Source: Strigamia acuminata | Taxonomy: Eukaryota | Direction of reading: 5' to 3' | Assembly: GCA_949358305.1 (NCBI GenBank) | Contig: OX442314.1 | Coordinates: 30,256,001-30,320,000, forward strand | DNA length: 64,000 nt | Shown here: piece after piece, positions 22,348 through 33,508 of the stretch | How positions within the stretch are numbered: the stretch's first letter is position 1 | Layout: each line of letters opens with the position of its first letter | Made by a program: the position numbers and the translations under genes | The notes under the pieces: model-generated | Told to the model about the DNA's origin: nothing | The model's input: only the letters and a program-made list of their open reading frames with translations | Database searches by the model: none

Positions 22348-22700
22348 ATTATTGTCATTTATCGCTCCCCCCCCCCCCACCGCCCCTTAACCCAGGTCCT
22401 AGACCTTATCAATGAAGTTATCTCCCCTCGAACGAATACCTTAATCGCGGGTGACTTCAACCACAATTTCCTTCCCCATAACCCTGACAACACTATTACG
22501 AATTACATGAGATGCATAAACTTAGCCCCAGTTATCGAATCTCCCACCCGAGTTACGGTTAACTCGTCAACATTGATTGACCAAATATTCCTTACAAATG
22601 AAATTAAGCACGATCCCTGCCACCTAACTGATTTTGACCGTCTGGACCACAAAGTTGTCTATATCTCACCATCAACCTACCAAAACCCCCTGCTCCCAAC
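22348..22700 (+). mobile_element. Relic of a non-LTR (LINE) apurinic-type endonuclease domain
   Basis: Translated motifs IYRSP, IAGDFN, PTRVT...STLIDQI and DHKVV are typical of APE domains of CR1/L2-type ORF2; no RT follows. Confidence 0.8.
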
Positions 22701-23703
22701 CCTCCCCGACTCAACCGACATTACTCCTTTTACTCCTTATTCAATTTAATCATTTTTGCAAATTACGAAAAGATTTTTTACTGTACCGGGTATTCGTCAC
22801 GTTATCGGTTAAATTATTAAATATGCCGGTACGTTATGCAAAGTGCAAAAGCGGGACGTTGCGCCCAGTACAGCGGGTGTACTACACATGAAGATTACTG
22901 TTGAATTTTCGGTCCAAAAAAAATTTCCGGTGGAAGAAAAAAATTATCAGATTGAAAAATGAATTTTTGGTCCGAAAAATGAATTTTCTAAAATTTCAAG
23001 GTAAACTTTAAAATTCATATAATAGTCATGACTTTTATATTCAAATTTGTCATTTATCATTATCAAAATTCAAAACTTCCTCTCACTGAGTTGCAGCGTC
23101 CTTCTGGTGGGAACAATCAACAGCAGCTGTCAAGTGTTTCTTCCTCATTTTGTTTTCAGCCGTTGTTTCTTCTCCCAAACAAGCATTTTTGTTCCCTTGT
23201 TTTTCACAATTTTCAGTCGTTATTCCATTGTGTTTACGTGGGTGTTTTGAAAGGTGTGGTCGGGAGAAGTCGACGATCTAAAAGATTTATAAGCTGATCT
23301 GGCCTGAAGTAGCCCAACTCTTTCCACTGGATGTTGTGTTCGTCACTACTGTCACAAAAGTTACCCACAAAGTGATTTGTACAAATTAAACTTTTTGTGT
23401 TTTTCCCAAACATTAAAATTAATATTTGCAAATATATAAATTTGGAAACTGCTCGTTTTCAAGTTATAAAATTTAATTCAGAACGTACAAAAACGTGAAA
23501 GTGAAAGAAATTTTTACATTTCAGTTACAATGCAAGAACGTGTTTTAAAATTGAAAATGAACTGAGGAAAAAATATACAATTCTACTTGTCAAGAAATCA
23601 AAGTAATAAGTGAAATGCACAAACAAAACAAAAAATTAGCGTTTGAATTTAAGAATTATACATAGAATGAACAAAGCGAACGTTTTTAAATTTCTATTCC
23701 TGC

Positions 23704-24486
23704 TTAAAATGCTTTTTTTCCTGTATGGGTTAAAAGATGTCTTCTTACATCCCCATTTCGATGACTAGAATAATCACACAATTGGCACTTGAATGGTTTT
23801 TCTCCTGTGTGGGTTAATAGATGTACTTTTAAATGCCCACTACGAGTCGAACAATAATCACACAAATGGCACTTGAATGGTCTTTCTCCAGTATGGGTTA
23901 ATAAATGTCTTCTTAAATGCCCACTATGAACCGCACAATAATCACACAAATGGCACTTGAATGGTTTTTCTCCTGTGTGGGTTAATAAATGACTCTTTAA
24001 ACTCCCTCTTACACTGCAGGAATAATCACACAAATGGCACTTGAATGGTCTTTCTCCAGTATGGGTTAATAAGTGACTGTTTAAATTCCCATTTTGAGTG
24101 CAAGAATAATCACACAAATGGCACTTGAATGGTTTTTCTCCTGTGTGGGTTAATAGGTGACTCTTTAAACTCCCTCTTACACTGCAGGAATAATCACATA
24201 AATGGCACTTGTATGGTTTTTCTCCTGAATGGGTTAATAGATGTATTTTTAAATGTTCACTACGACTCGAACAATAAGCACACAAATGGCACTTGAATGG
24301 TTTTTCTCCAGTGTGAATTTGCATGTGGACAGTCATGCAAGTTTTAAGTCGAAATGAAAGTGAACACGTTTGACATTTGAAAGGCTTTTCACCAGTGTGT
24401 TTAAGCATGTGCTGTTGCAATAAGTACACGTATGTACACGAATAATCACACAGATTGCATTTGTAATCCTCACGTGTTCTCTTCAT
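23704..24486 (-). CDS. Tandem C2H2 zinc-finger protein (ZF-B), 9 fingers, 260 aa
   Basis: Nine C2H2 units; paralog of ZF-A with shared flanks (block ~23440-26087 vs ~5020-6915). Confidence 0.9.
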   Translation of the reverse strand: MKRTREDYKCNLCDYSCTYVYLLQQHMLKHTGEKPFKCQTCSLSFRLKTCMTVHMQIHTGEKPFKCHLCAYCSSRSEHLKIHLLTHSGEKPYKCHLCDYSCSVRGSLKSHLLTHTGEKPFKCHLCDYSCTQNGNLNSHLLTHTGERPFKCHLCDYSCSVRGSLKSHLLTHTGEKPFKCHLCDYCAVHSGHLRRHLLTHTGERPFKCHLCDYCSTRSGHLKVHLLTHTGEKPFKCQLCDYSSHRNGDVRRHLLTHTGKKAF

Positions 24487-24738
24487 TTTTTTTTACTTCA
24501 ACGACAATGACACTGAAATGACACTGAAATGAACGTAGTCTGAAATGAAAAGAATAAGAATTAAATAATAATAAATTAAGCTTGAAAAGCGGAAAACAGC
24601 AGATTAACGACTAGTGATTGCCATCAGATGTTTACTTTCTCATTTTTAAAACCTTAATTTCATTGTTAGCTGTCAGTCATTCTCTCCCCAGCATTGTTAT
24701 GCACGTGCGCTCTTTTTGTCAGCCATCTTTATTTTTCC

Positions 24739-24846
24739 ACCTAACCTAACCTAACCTAACCTAACCTAACCTAACCTAACCTAACCTAACCTAACCTAAC
24801 CTAACCTCACCTCACCTCACCTAACCTAACCTAACCAACCTAACCT
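24739..24846. repeat. Interstitial (CCTAA)n = (TTAGG)n telomere-type tract within a ~530-bp insertion
   Basis: About 20 CCTAA/CCTCA units; the segment ~24590-25117 is absent from the paralogous ZF-A and ZF-C upstream regions. Confidence 0.9.
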
Positions 24847-25194
24847 TGGACCCCTCGCCCCCCCCCACTACATCCCCCCAGCCGCATACACTATTTAACC
24901 CGTGACACAACAACATAAAGAACAACAACAACAATGGGCCATATAATTCCAATGCTTAACCTAACCTCACCAGTATAAACCAACTACTAATAATCTCCTG
25001 ATTTCCGTTTCCGCTTGCCCGAAACCGTCAACGTCAATGCTTTCCCACCCTTGAATACCCCTAAATACAAAATTTGCAGATGATCTGAGAGGTGGCCGGT
25101 AAAGTAAAATTATACCTATTTAATTGGACACACTTTAAATAATATTGGTATGTATAAACTCTGAACAGAAAAAATGCAGTGTGGAAAGATCGGG

Positions 25195-25474
25195 CGGCTG
25201 TTCTTCACTTCTGCCCCAATGTTTGCCATTGTTAGGTTAGGTTAGGTTGATTGATTTCATTTGTTTGTGTTGTGTGTGGTCGTTTTCGGTTCGGTTAGGT
25301 CAGGTTAGGTTAGGTTTAGACCTAAACCTAGGTCCTAACCTAACCTGACCTAACCTAACCTAACCTAACCTAACCTGACCTAACCTAATCGAAAACAACC
25401 ACACACAACACAAACAAATGAAATCAAGGCAACCTAACAATGACAAACATTGGGGCAGAAGTGAAGAACAACCG
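25195..25474. mobile_element. Foldback MITE with internal TTAGG/CCTAA arrays and 6-bp TSD
   Basis: Almost entirely palindromic (CGGCTGTTCTTCACTTCTGCCCCAATGTTTG ... CAAACATTGGGGCAGAAGTGAAGAACAACCG), flanked by ATCGGG on both sides; the paralogous sites near 6265 and 26485 are empty. Confidence 0.9.
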
Positions 25475-26603
25475 ATCGGGCATCACCGAATTCGGTTAGG
25501 CGAGTTAGGCCTAACGTTCGACGCACGCGCCGAATTTTATAAACAGAAAAAATAATCCAATAATACCAAAAAAAAAATGTGATTTATCTATTCTCCTATT
25601 TTAACCTTAATGTGCTTACACTTTGGAACCTTTCAGACGTAAAAAACATGAACATCGATGATGAACGAAAAAGTGCGATACGATAATGCAAACGAGGTTG
25701 CCATAGAAACTATAAGTGCATAATAGCGCCGACTAGTGACATTATTAGAACTAAACACAATACAACAAAGACACACACACTAAAAATCGAATGCAAATGG
25801 TTTAATTTAATTGAAAAAATATAAAACCAAACCTAAAAAAAAGTCAGTTTTCAAACAATATTTATTTCATGAATCAAATGTCATTTATTTTCACGTTTGT
25901 TTATTCGTGAACACGAAATTGAAATTTCTAGTTTTAGAACAAGCAATTATTTCGAAGCATTGCAGTGAAGCAAGGATTATTTTTATTAACTTTGAAATAA
26001 AGTTTAAAAGATTAACATAAAGCTTGTAAAACGAGCAATTTCCAACGTTTAAGCTAAACCATTTGAGCGGATTAAAAAGGATTACCACTTGACAACAGGT
26101 CGTGTCGTCCGAAATCACTAATTCTTGTGATTTCGTCTAGGCAACTTGGTGGAGCGTTACAACATCCATGCCCAGCGTGACGATTGGATTCTAGCGACTA
26201 GCGTTATTATGTACCAGTTTCTATGGCAACCGCCATTTGCGTCATCATATTGTATATTGGTGTACCGGTATCGCACTTTTCCGTTCATCCTCGATTAAAT
26301 GCATGTTTATTACGTTTGAAAGGTTCCAAAGTGTCAGCAGATTAAGGTAAAGATAGGAGATTAGATAAATCACATTTGTTTGGGTATTATGGGATTTTTT
26401 TCCGGTTTATAAAGTTCGGCGCAATCGTGCATCGAACATTAGGCCTAACTCGCCGAACTGAATTCGAACCGTTGGCGGCGGTGTCCCGACCTTCCCACAC
26501 AGCGTTTTATCTGTTCAGAATATACACATACCAATATATTTAAAGTGCGTCCAATTAAGTTTTATTTTATTCTTATTTTTTTCATTTCAGACAAACAAAC
26601 AAA

Positions 26604-27539
26604 ATGAAGAGAACACGTGAGGATTACGAATGCAATCTGTGTGATTATTCGTGTTCAAACGTGTACTTATTGCAACAGCACATGCTTAAACACACTGGTG
26701 AAAAGCCTTTCAAATGCCAAATGTGTTCACTTTCATTTCGACTTAAAACTTGCATGACTGTCCACATGCGAATTCACACTGGAGAAAAACCTTTCAAGTG
26801 CCATTTGTGCGATTATTCTTGCAAGCAAATTGGACATTTAAACAGTCACCTATTAACCCACACAGGAGAAAAACCATTCAAGTGCCATTTGTGTGATTAT
26901 TCTTGCACTCAAAATGGGACTTTAAAAACACATTTATTAACTCATACTGGAGAAAGACCATTCAAGTGCCATTTGTGTGACTATTGTTCGACTCGTAGTG
27001 GGCATTTAAAAGACCATCTATTAACCCACACAGGAGAAAAACCATTCAAGTGCCATTTGTGTGATTATTCTTCGGCTCGTAGTGGGCATTTAAAAGACCA
27101 CCTATTGACCCACACAAGAGAAAAACCATTCAAGTGCCATTTGTGTGATTATTCCTGCAGCGTAAGAGGGAATTTAAAAAGTCATTTATTAACCCATACA
27201 GGAGAAAAACCATTCAAGTGCCATTTGTGTGATTATTCTTCGGCTCGTAGTGGGCATTTAAAAGACCACCTATTGACCCACACAAGAGAAAAACCATTCA
27301 AGTGCCATTTGTGTGATTATTCCTGCAGCGTAAGAGAGAATTTAAAAAGTCATTTATTAACCCATACAGGAGAAAAACCATTCAAGTGCCATTTGTGTGA
27401 TTATTCTTGCAATCAAAATGGGAATTTAAAAGCCCATCTATTAACCCATACAGGAGAAAAACCGTTCAAGTGTCATTTGTGTGGTTTTTCTTGCAATCAC
27501 AGTGGGAATTTAAGAAAACATCTTTTAACCCATACATGA
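26604..27539 (+). CDS. Tandem C2H2 zinc-finger protein (ZF-C), 11 fingers, 311 aa
   Basis: Eleven C2H2 units; inverted paralog; acceptor TTCATTTCAG at 26590 just before the ATG. Confidence 0.9.
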   Translation: MKRTREDYECNLCDYSCSNVYLLQQHMLKHTGEKPFKCQMCSLSFRLKTCMTVHMRIHTGEKPFKCHLCDYSCKQIGHLNSHLLTHTGEKPFKCHLCDYSCTQNGTLKTHLLTHTGERPFKCHLCDYCSTRSGHLKDHLLTHTGEKPFKCHLCDYSSARSGHLKDHLLTHTREKPFKCHLCDYSCSVRGNLKSHLLTHTGEKPFKCHLCDYSSARSGHLKDHLLTHTREKPFKCHLCDYSCSVRENLKSHLLTHTGEKPFKCHLCDYSCNQNGNLKAHLLTHTGEKPFKCHLCGFSCNHSGNLRKHLLTHT

Positions 27540-29254
27540 GAAAAAGCATTTTAAGCAGGAATAGAAATTTAAAAACGTTCGTTTCATACGTTCTGTATAT
27601 GTATATAATTCTTAAATTCAAACGCTAATTTATTGTTTTGTTTGTGCATTTCACTTTTTAAGTAGAATTGTATATTTTTTCTTCGGTTCATTTTCAAATT
27701 TAAAACACGTTCTTGCTGATTTTGGTTTTGTTAGTGTATTTAACTTTTTAAATATATATTTATTACTTTGAATTCTTGACAAGTTGAACTGTGTATTTTC
27801 TTCTGTTCATTTCCAATTTTAAAACACTTTTACCTGTATGCACTTCGCGTTCTTGCATTGTAAATTAAATATAAAAATTTCTTCCACGTATGTATTTTAT
27901 GCATATTTATGTATTTTTTTCTATTTCTGATTTAAGTTTTTAAAGTTGAAAAACAATAACTTTCCATAGTTCAATAAAAATTCTAAGCATTCAAACGATT
28001 ACATTTTGCTGCACTGTAGGTGCTCACAACCACGACAACCATTTATAGTGTGTGTAGTGCCATCTGGTGAGCAACCTTCAAAATACACGTACAATTTATT
28101 TATAATATAATATAATTGTAATCGCTTAAGAAGACTTAAGTTTCCAAAAAAAAAATAGAGCAAGTGTTTACATGCCATAAAAACAATTCACTTGAAGCAA
28201 ATAAATGACACTGAGCACGCGCAACGTATTTGTTTAACGAAGCGTATTTTCTGTGTTTACACGCCAAAAGAATATATATACATATTCATCTGGGGATTAA
28301 CCAGATCATTTTAGTCATTTAATAGCTCTATTTGTTTCGTTTTGTAAGCTATTTCACCTTAATGTCAAAAAAGACAACCTAAATTGTCTCTTGTAGCTCT
28401 TGGTTGGCTTCCCCACATAGCTTTGCTATTTTTATTTGTTCCACAAAGAAAAATATTTAAATAATAAATAAATACATTGATTTAACATGTGTTTATCATT
28501 TTTTTGTGAATTTAAATGACTGACAGCTGGTTGACGTAAGTTGTCATGTCGATACAATAAACTTTAGAATTTTTTTTTTGAAAATAAACACCGTAATAAT
28601 AAAAAATAATAAAAACAATATTTATATTTTAACAGACCCTGCAATTGCCCTCAAAACCATTGGCTAGGTGATGAACTTGCAAGGTCATTTCCCGAAAATC
28701 GAAAGAGAAAAATAATTAAAATGTTCCACCACATCAGCACACAAAACACTGATTACCACAAAAGAATTAATTAGCGAAGGGGCAACAAAAAACATACTTT
28801 CTTATCGGAAAAAGAAAAGAAAAGGAAATGTAAACACCACAAATTTTATCAGTTTTCTTTTATATATAAAAAAAACACACACAAAAGGCTTCGAAAATGA
28901 ATAAAAAGTGTTAGTTCCGGTCTTACTGAGTGGATTTCTTTTATTTATTTTTTTATTTCGTCAAAAGACGTTGGTATTTCTTGTATTGGTAGTACTTCCG
29001 GTGACATTGTATCATTTGTCGTCTGGTTCTGATATCAAGTTCTCCAGGATGAGAAGGTCACTTGTGCCACACCTGAGGGAAAGATCGAATTAGGACGACC
29101 CAGGTGATGGTTTTCGAACAGGAACTTCAAACACATTCAAGTTAATTGCATTTTCCTGTTGACATAACAATCACACATGTACAATTTATCAAAACAAAAA
29201 AATCAAACACGAAAATAAAATCGCAAATAACAAAAATTAGACTTCCAATGTAAA

Positions 29255-29690
29255 AATACATCGAAAAAACGAAAGAAAATGCAAAATAAATGCAAAATAA
29301 ATTGAAAAAACGAAAGAAAATGCAAAATAAATGCAAAATAAATTGAAAAAACGAAAGAAAATGCAAAATAAATGCAAAATAAATTGAAAAAACGAAAGAA
29401 AATGCAAAATAAATGCAAAATAAATTGAAAAAACGAAAGAAAATGCAAAATAAATGCAAAATAAATTGAAAAAACGAAAGAAAATGCAAAATAAATGCAA
29501 AATAAATTGAAAAAACGAAAGAAAATGCAAAATAAATGCAAAATAAATTGAAAAAACGAAAGAAAATGCAAAATAAATGCAAAATACATCGAAAAAACGA
29601 ACGAAAATGCAAAATAAATTGAAAAAACGAAAGAAAATGCAAAATAAATTGAAAACACGAAAGAAAATGGAAAATAAATTGAAAAATAAA
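29255..29690. repeat. 41-bp A-rich minisatellite, ~10 copies
   Basis: Unit AAAAAACGAAAGAAAATGCAAAATAAATGCAAAATAAATTG; it explains the three F-rich antisense ORFs. Confidence 0.93.
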
Positions 29691-31099
29691 TAAAAACATA
29701 AAAAAAACATAAAAAAAAGCAACAAAATCGAGCAGAAAAACCACAAGGGGATACAGGGAGAAAGTAGTGGGGGGGTTGACGAAACAGGGTCACTGGGTGG
29801 GGTAGTGAAAAATCTTCTTTCCCTCGACTGTCAGGTATTTCAAACCACAGGTGAATGAACCTCTGGAATTTGTTTTCAAGTGAAAAACAACGTGGTGAGG
29901 TCACCAAGCTGTTGTGTAGGAGTACTTCATTTTATTCCTATTTTTTATTTCATTATAGAATTTATTTTTAAATTTTTTTAAATTTTAAAAAAAAAATATA
30001 TAATTCATTAGAGATGAAACAGAGATAAAATAATCATTTAATCTAAAAAATTAAAAAAAAAAAAAAAAAAAAAAAATTACGTCACTTCCTCATTTTAGCA
30101 ATAACCTTGAACTGCACACTTGAATCTCAGTTAGGGTGGACCCGGAAGTGACCCACATCCGCCACAAACCCAATTTCAAAGTCTAAACATTCTGAAATGT
30201 TTTCCCCTCCCCTTTACCCCTTTTTTTCGCATCTTTTCCCCTCGGATGACCTAAAAAGTGTAATGGGATTAGGCAACGTTGGCAAACAGGTGTTAAGAAA
30301 AAGGAGAGGTGAATGAGTGTGGTGTTTTGCGAGTTTTGCAAAAATAACTTTTGACTTTTAACCCTTTTGCCATCGTTTAACCTGCAACTAGGAAACGAGT
30401 TGATGCATTATGAGCATTAAATTACACCTGGGATGATTCAACGGGAGGTTGAATTCATTATGCACGTTTTTAGTTGGTTAATGTTGGCTTTTATGTTAAT
30501 TGTTTATGGTTTGTTGCTTCGTTTGCATGAGGAATGAATTGGTGCATCGTAATGCCAACGATTTAAGAGATTATGGAGTTTTGGGATCAGTAGCCTACAT
30601 GTGGGTTTTAATATTGTATGGCGCTTAAAGTTGCGATTTAATGGGTGAGGAAATTGGAAAAATGATGGTAAATGTGGTACAAATTGCTGCGTAATGCGGC
30701 TAGGTTTAATTTATTTGTTCTGGTGTTCGTTCTCCGATTTGGTTTAAATTGTGTGTTTACTTTCAGGTGCAAAAGTTCAATTTTTAGATGCATAAATACA
30801 CTTTTTGTGTGTAATATGTTAGTTTTAGGTTATTAAAATTAGCTTTTCGAGTGCAAATACTGCAGAAATACACTTAGGTGCAAAAGTTCACACTTTTTAT
30901 TTAGAAAATTATACGTTCCATGTGTGAAAAGCACTTTTTCGATGCAGAAATGTACTTTTCCGATTAAAAAAATAAAGGAAAAACGTTCTTTTGAAATGCT
31001 AAATGCAAAATTTTGGTTTATTTAACGCAAAATGGAAAATTATTCCACGAAAAAATAGAAAAATTTATTTTTTAAATGAAAAAATACTATTTTTAGTGC

Positions 31100-32150
31100 G
31101 AGAAATGTAATTTTTTGGTGGAAAATGCACTTTTTCGGTGGAAAATGCACTTTTTCATGCACTTTTTCAGTGTAAAACTGCACTTTTTTAGTGTAAAAAT
31201 GCACTTTTTTTTAGTGTAAAAATGCACTTTTTCAGTGTAAAAATGAACTTTTTCAGTAGGCGCATTCGAAAACTAATTTGCACTAAACGACCAGTGCAAC
31301 TGGTAGTGTAAATGTCAAGTTAAACGACCCAATTTTCGAGTATCAAAATAAATTTCTGTGCAAAATTCAGTGTAAATTCAGGTGTAAATATTAAATTAGT
31401 CCAAATAATAACCAGAGTCATTATTGTTGTTGTTTACTCTAAAAAAACAGGAGATTATAAAAACATGATTATAAAATGTAAATTTATTTTAATTATTTTT
31501 ATCATTAATATTTATTTAAGAACGGGAATCGGCTGAACATCCGCCTCAATCGCACAAATGCGGCCGAACACCGGCCGCATTAGATCGCACAAACGCGGCC
31601 GAACGTCGGCCGAACGTCGGCCGCATTCGATTGTACAAATGCGGCCGAACGTCGGTCGAACGTCGGCCGCATTCGATCGTACAAATGCGGTCGAACATCG
31701 GCCGCATTCGATCGCAAGAATGCGGCTAATACCTGCTACAAAATTGTTCTTGCGATCGACATCGTTCCAACCGATCTAACGAAAATCCAAGATGGCTGCC
31801 AGCAAGACCCGATTTGTACGAGAAAACTCGTTGCACGGAGATTTTAAACGGAAACGTGGCGTACAGTCCGTTTCCGTTTAACCAGTTTACACGACATTTA
31901 CACGAATTAATTCGTGTAAATGTCGTGTGAAAACGAGTGTAAACACGTTTACACTCGTTTTAATGACTTTTCGAATGCGCCTAGTGTAAAAATGCACTTT
32001 TTCAGTGTAAAAATGCACTTTTCAGTGTAAAAATGCACTTTTTCAGTGTAAAAATGCACTTTTTAGTGTAAAAATGCACTTTTTCAGTGTAAAAATGCAC
32101 TTTTTCAGTGTAAAAATGCACTTTTTCAATGTAAAAATACACTTTTTCAA
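31100..32150. repeat. ~20-21-bp minisatellite (TTTTTCAGTGTAAAAATGCAC) interrupted by a transposon
   Basis: Tandem copies at ~31100-31257 and 31983-32150. Confidence 0.9.
31258..31982. mobile_element. Non-autonomous DNA transposon, 15-bp TIRs, 3-bp TSD AGT (PIF/Harbinger-related group likely)
   Basis: AGGCGCATTCGAAAA...TTTTCGAATGCGCCT. Removing the element and one AGT restores the satellite unit TTTTC-AGT-GTAAAA. Confidence 0.85.
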
Positions 32151-33339
32151 TTAAAAAATAAAAAAAAAATTGTAAATTTTTCAATGCACTGCACTCTTTC
32201 CGTGCGAAAATGCACTCCTCATTTGCAAATTTACTCCCAGGGACTACTTTACCCCTAATTACACTTCTCAGTTGTTACTGCAGAGCTGAATGATGCTCCA
32301 AAAAGTCCATTTTCTTTACAAATTCCCTGCAAAACCTAATTGTGAGATCCTCAAAATCTCCCCATTCCCAAAACATGCAAATTTCACTTCAAAGCTTCAA
32401 TTTGAATGAACGAACTTGAACTGAAAATCATTTTATTACACATTTTCTCAAGGTACTGCACCTCCAGAACAAAACAGGATCAATTAACCTACATGACCTT
32501 ACAACTTGCTGACCCCCTGACCTCATATACCCCCACAGGCCCCACTTTTTAACACGTCTCTCTCACTCACTTTGGGGCCTCAGACACAAGGCCAAATCCT
32601 TGCAACCTCATTTCCCACAAAAATAAAAGGGGGGAAGCCAGAAAATTGGGTTGGAATCATTAAAAACAAAATCCGTTCCCATTTTTTCCCCCTTCGATAA
32701 ATCGAAAATTCGTTTAATTTATACAAAACGAAACAAAACACAAATCAAAAAAGGTCGGCCATGTTTTTTTTTTCTTTCTTTTTCCATATAACTCTCTCAA
32801 TTCGAAATTCGTGAACTGAAACTCAATTTGCTCTTCCGGAATTTAAAAAAATAATAATAATAAATTATTGAATTATTTTTATTTTAAAAAATTTTTTTTT
32901 ATCAATGTAGGGTTAAATTATAATTAAACTTTTGTTGATGTTGTGCAGCGACGCATGACGGGAAGAAGAAGAAGAAAAAAGATTCCTTCTTATCGCCTTG
33001 GCCCATCTCGATTTGTTTTTCTTTTCAAAACGGCCGGAAATAAACAGTTTTATTCAATCGCAAATCAAAAATTCTTTCCGTTTCCATCACACAAATGCGA
33101 AATGTTTAATTCTGCTTCGAAATTCTCTCATTTTTCCATCCAAAACTCGCGATAATTAACAAACCACCACAAAAATACGTAAACTTTAATCCAATTTCCT
33201 CGCTACAGTAATTTATTGTGTTTGTGGACTGTTTGTGAAGGTCTAATATTTTATTAATCAGTCTAGTAATCCAGTGGGAGTAGCCGCGAGTAACTAACAC
33301 GAGTGGAAACTGGAACGAGACAACACCGATGGCTTAGCA

Positions 33340-33460
33340 ATGGGGCGGGGGCTACGAGTGAAGTCACGTGGTGCTGCCGGTCGCCCCATTGACCAGCGAC
33401 CTGACTGAACCACGGCCCCATATAAAAACACGCGCGGGCCAAGTGCCAAACACTACATAC
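33340..33460 (+). promoter_or_regulatory. Core promoter of the Gly/Ser/Tyr-rich protein gene
   Basis: GC box GGGGCGGGG (~33342), E-box GTCACGTG (~33363) and TATAAAA (33421), about 90 bp before the ATG. Confidence 0.6.
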
Positions 33461-33508
33461 ATTTTCTCATCGGTGCGTCCATGGTGTACTAATCGCACCA
33501 AGACAGCC

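Noticed and set aside
24739..24846. True telomere or chromosome fusion site
   Set aside because: The tract is short, lies inside a local insertion and is flanked by ordinary paralogous sequence.
29142..29907. Three overlapping Phe-rich 'membrane protein' ORFs
   Set aside because: They are translations of the 41-bp A-rich satellite.
28900..30500. Possible lncRNA exons or enhancer (ETS CCGGAAGT, several CAGGTG)
   Set aside because: Only short motifs are present, with no ORF or structure I can support.
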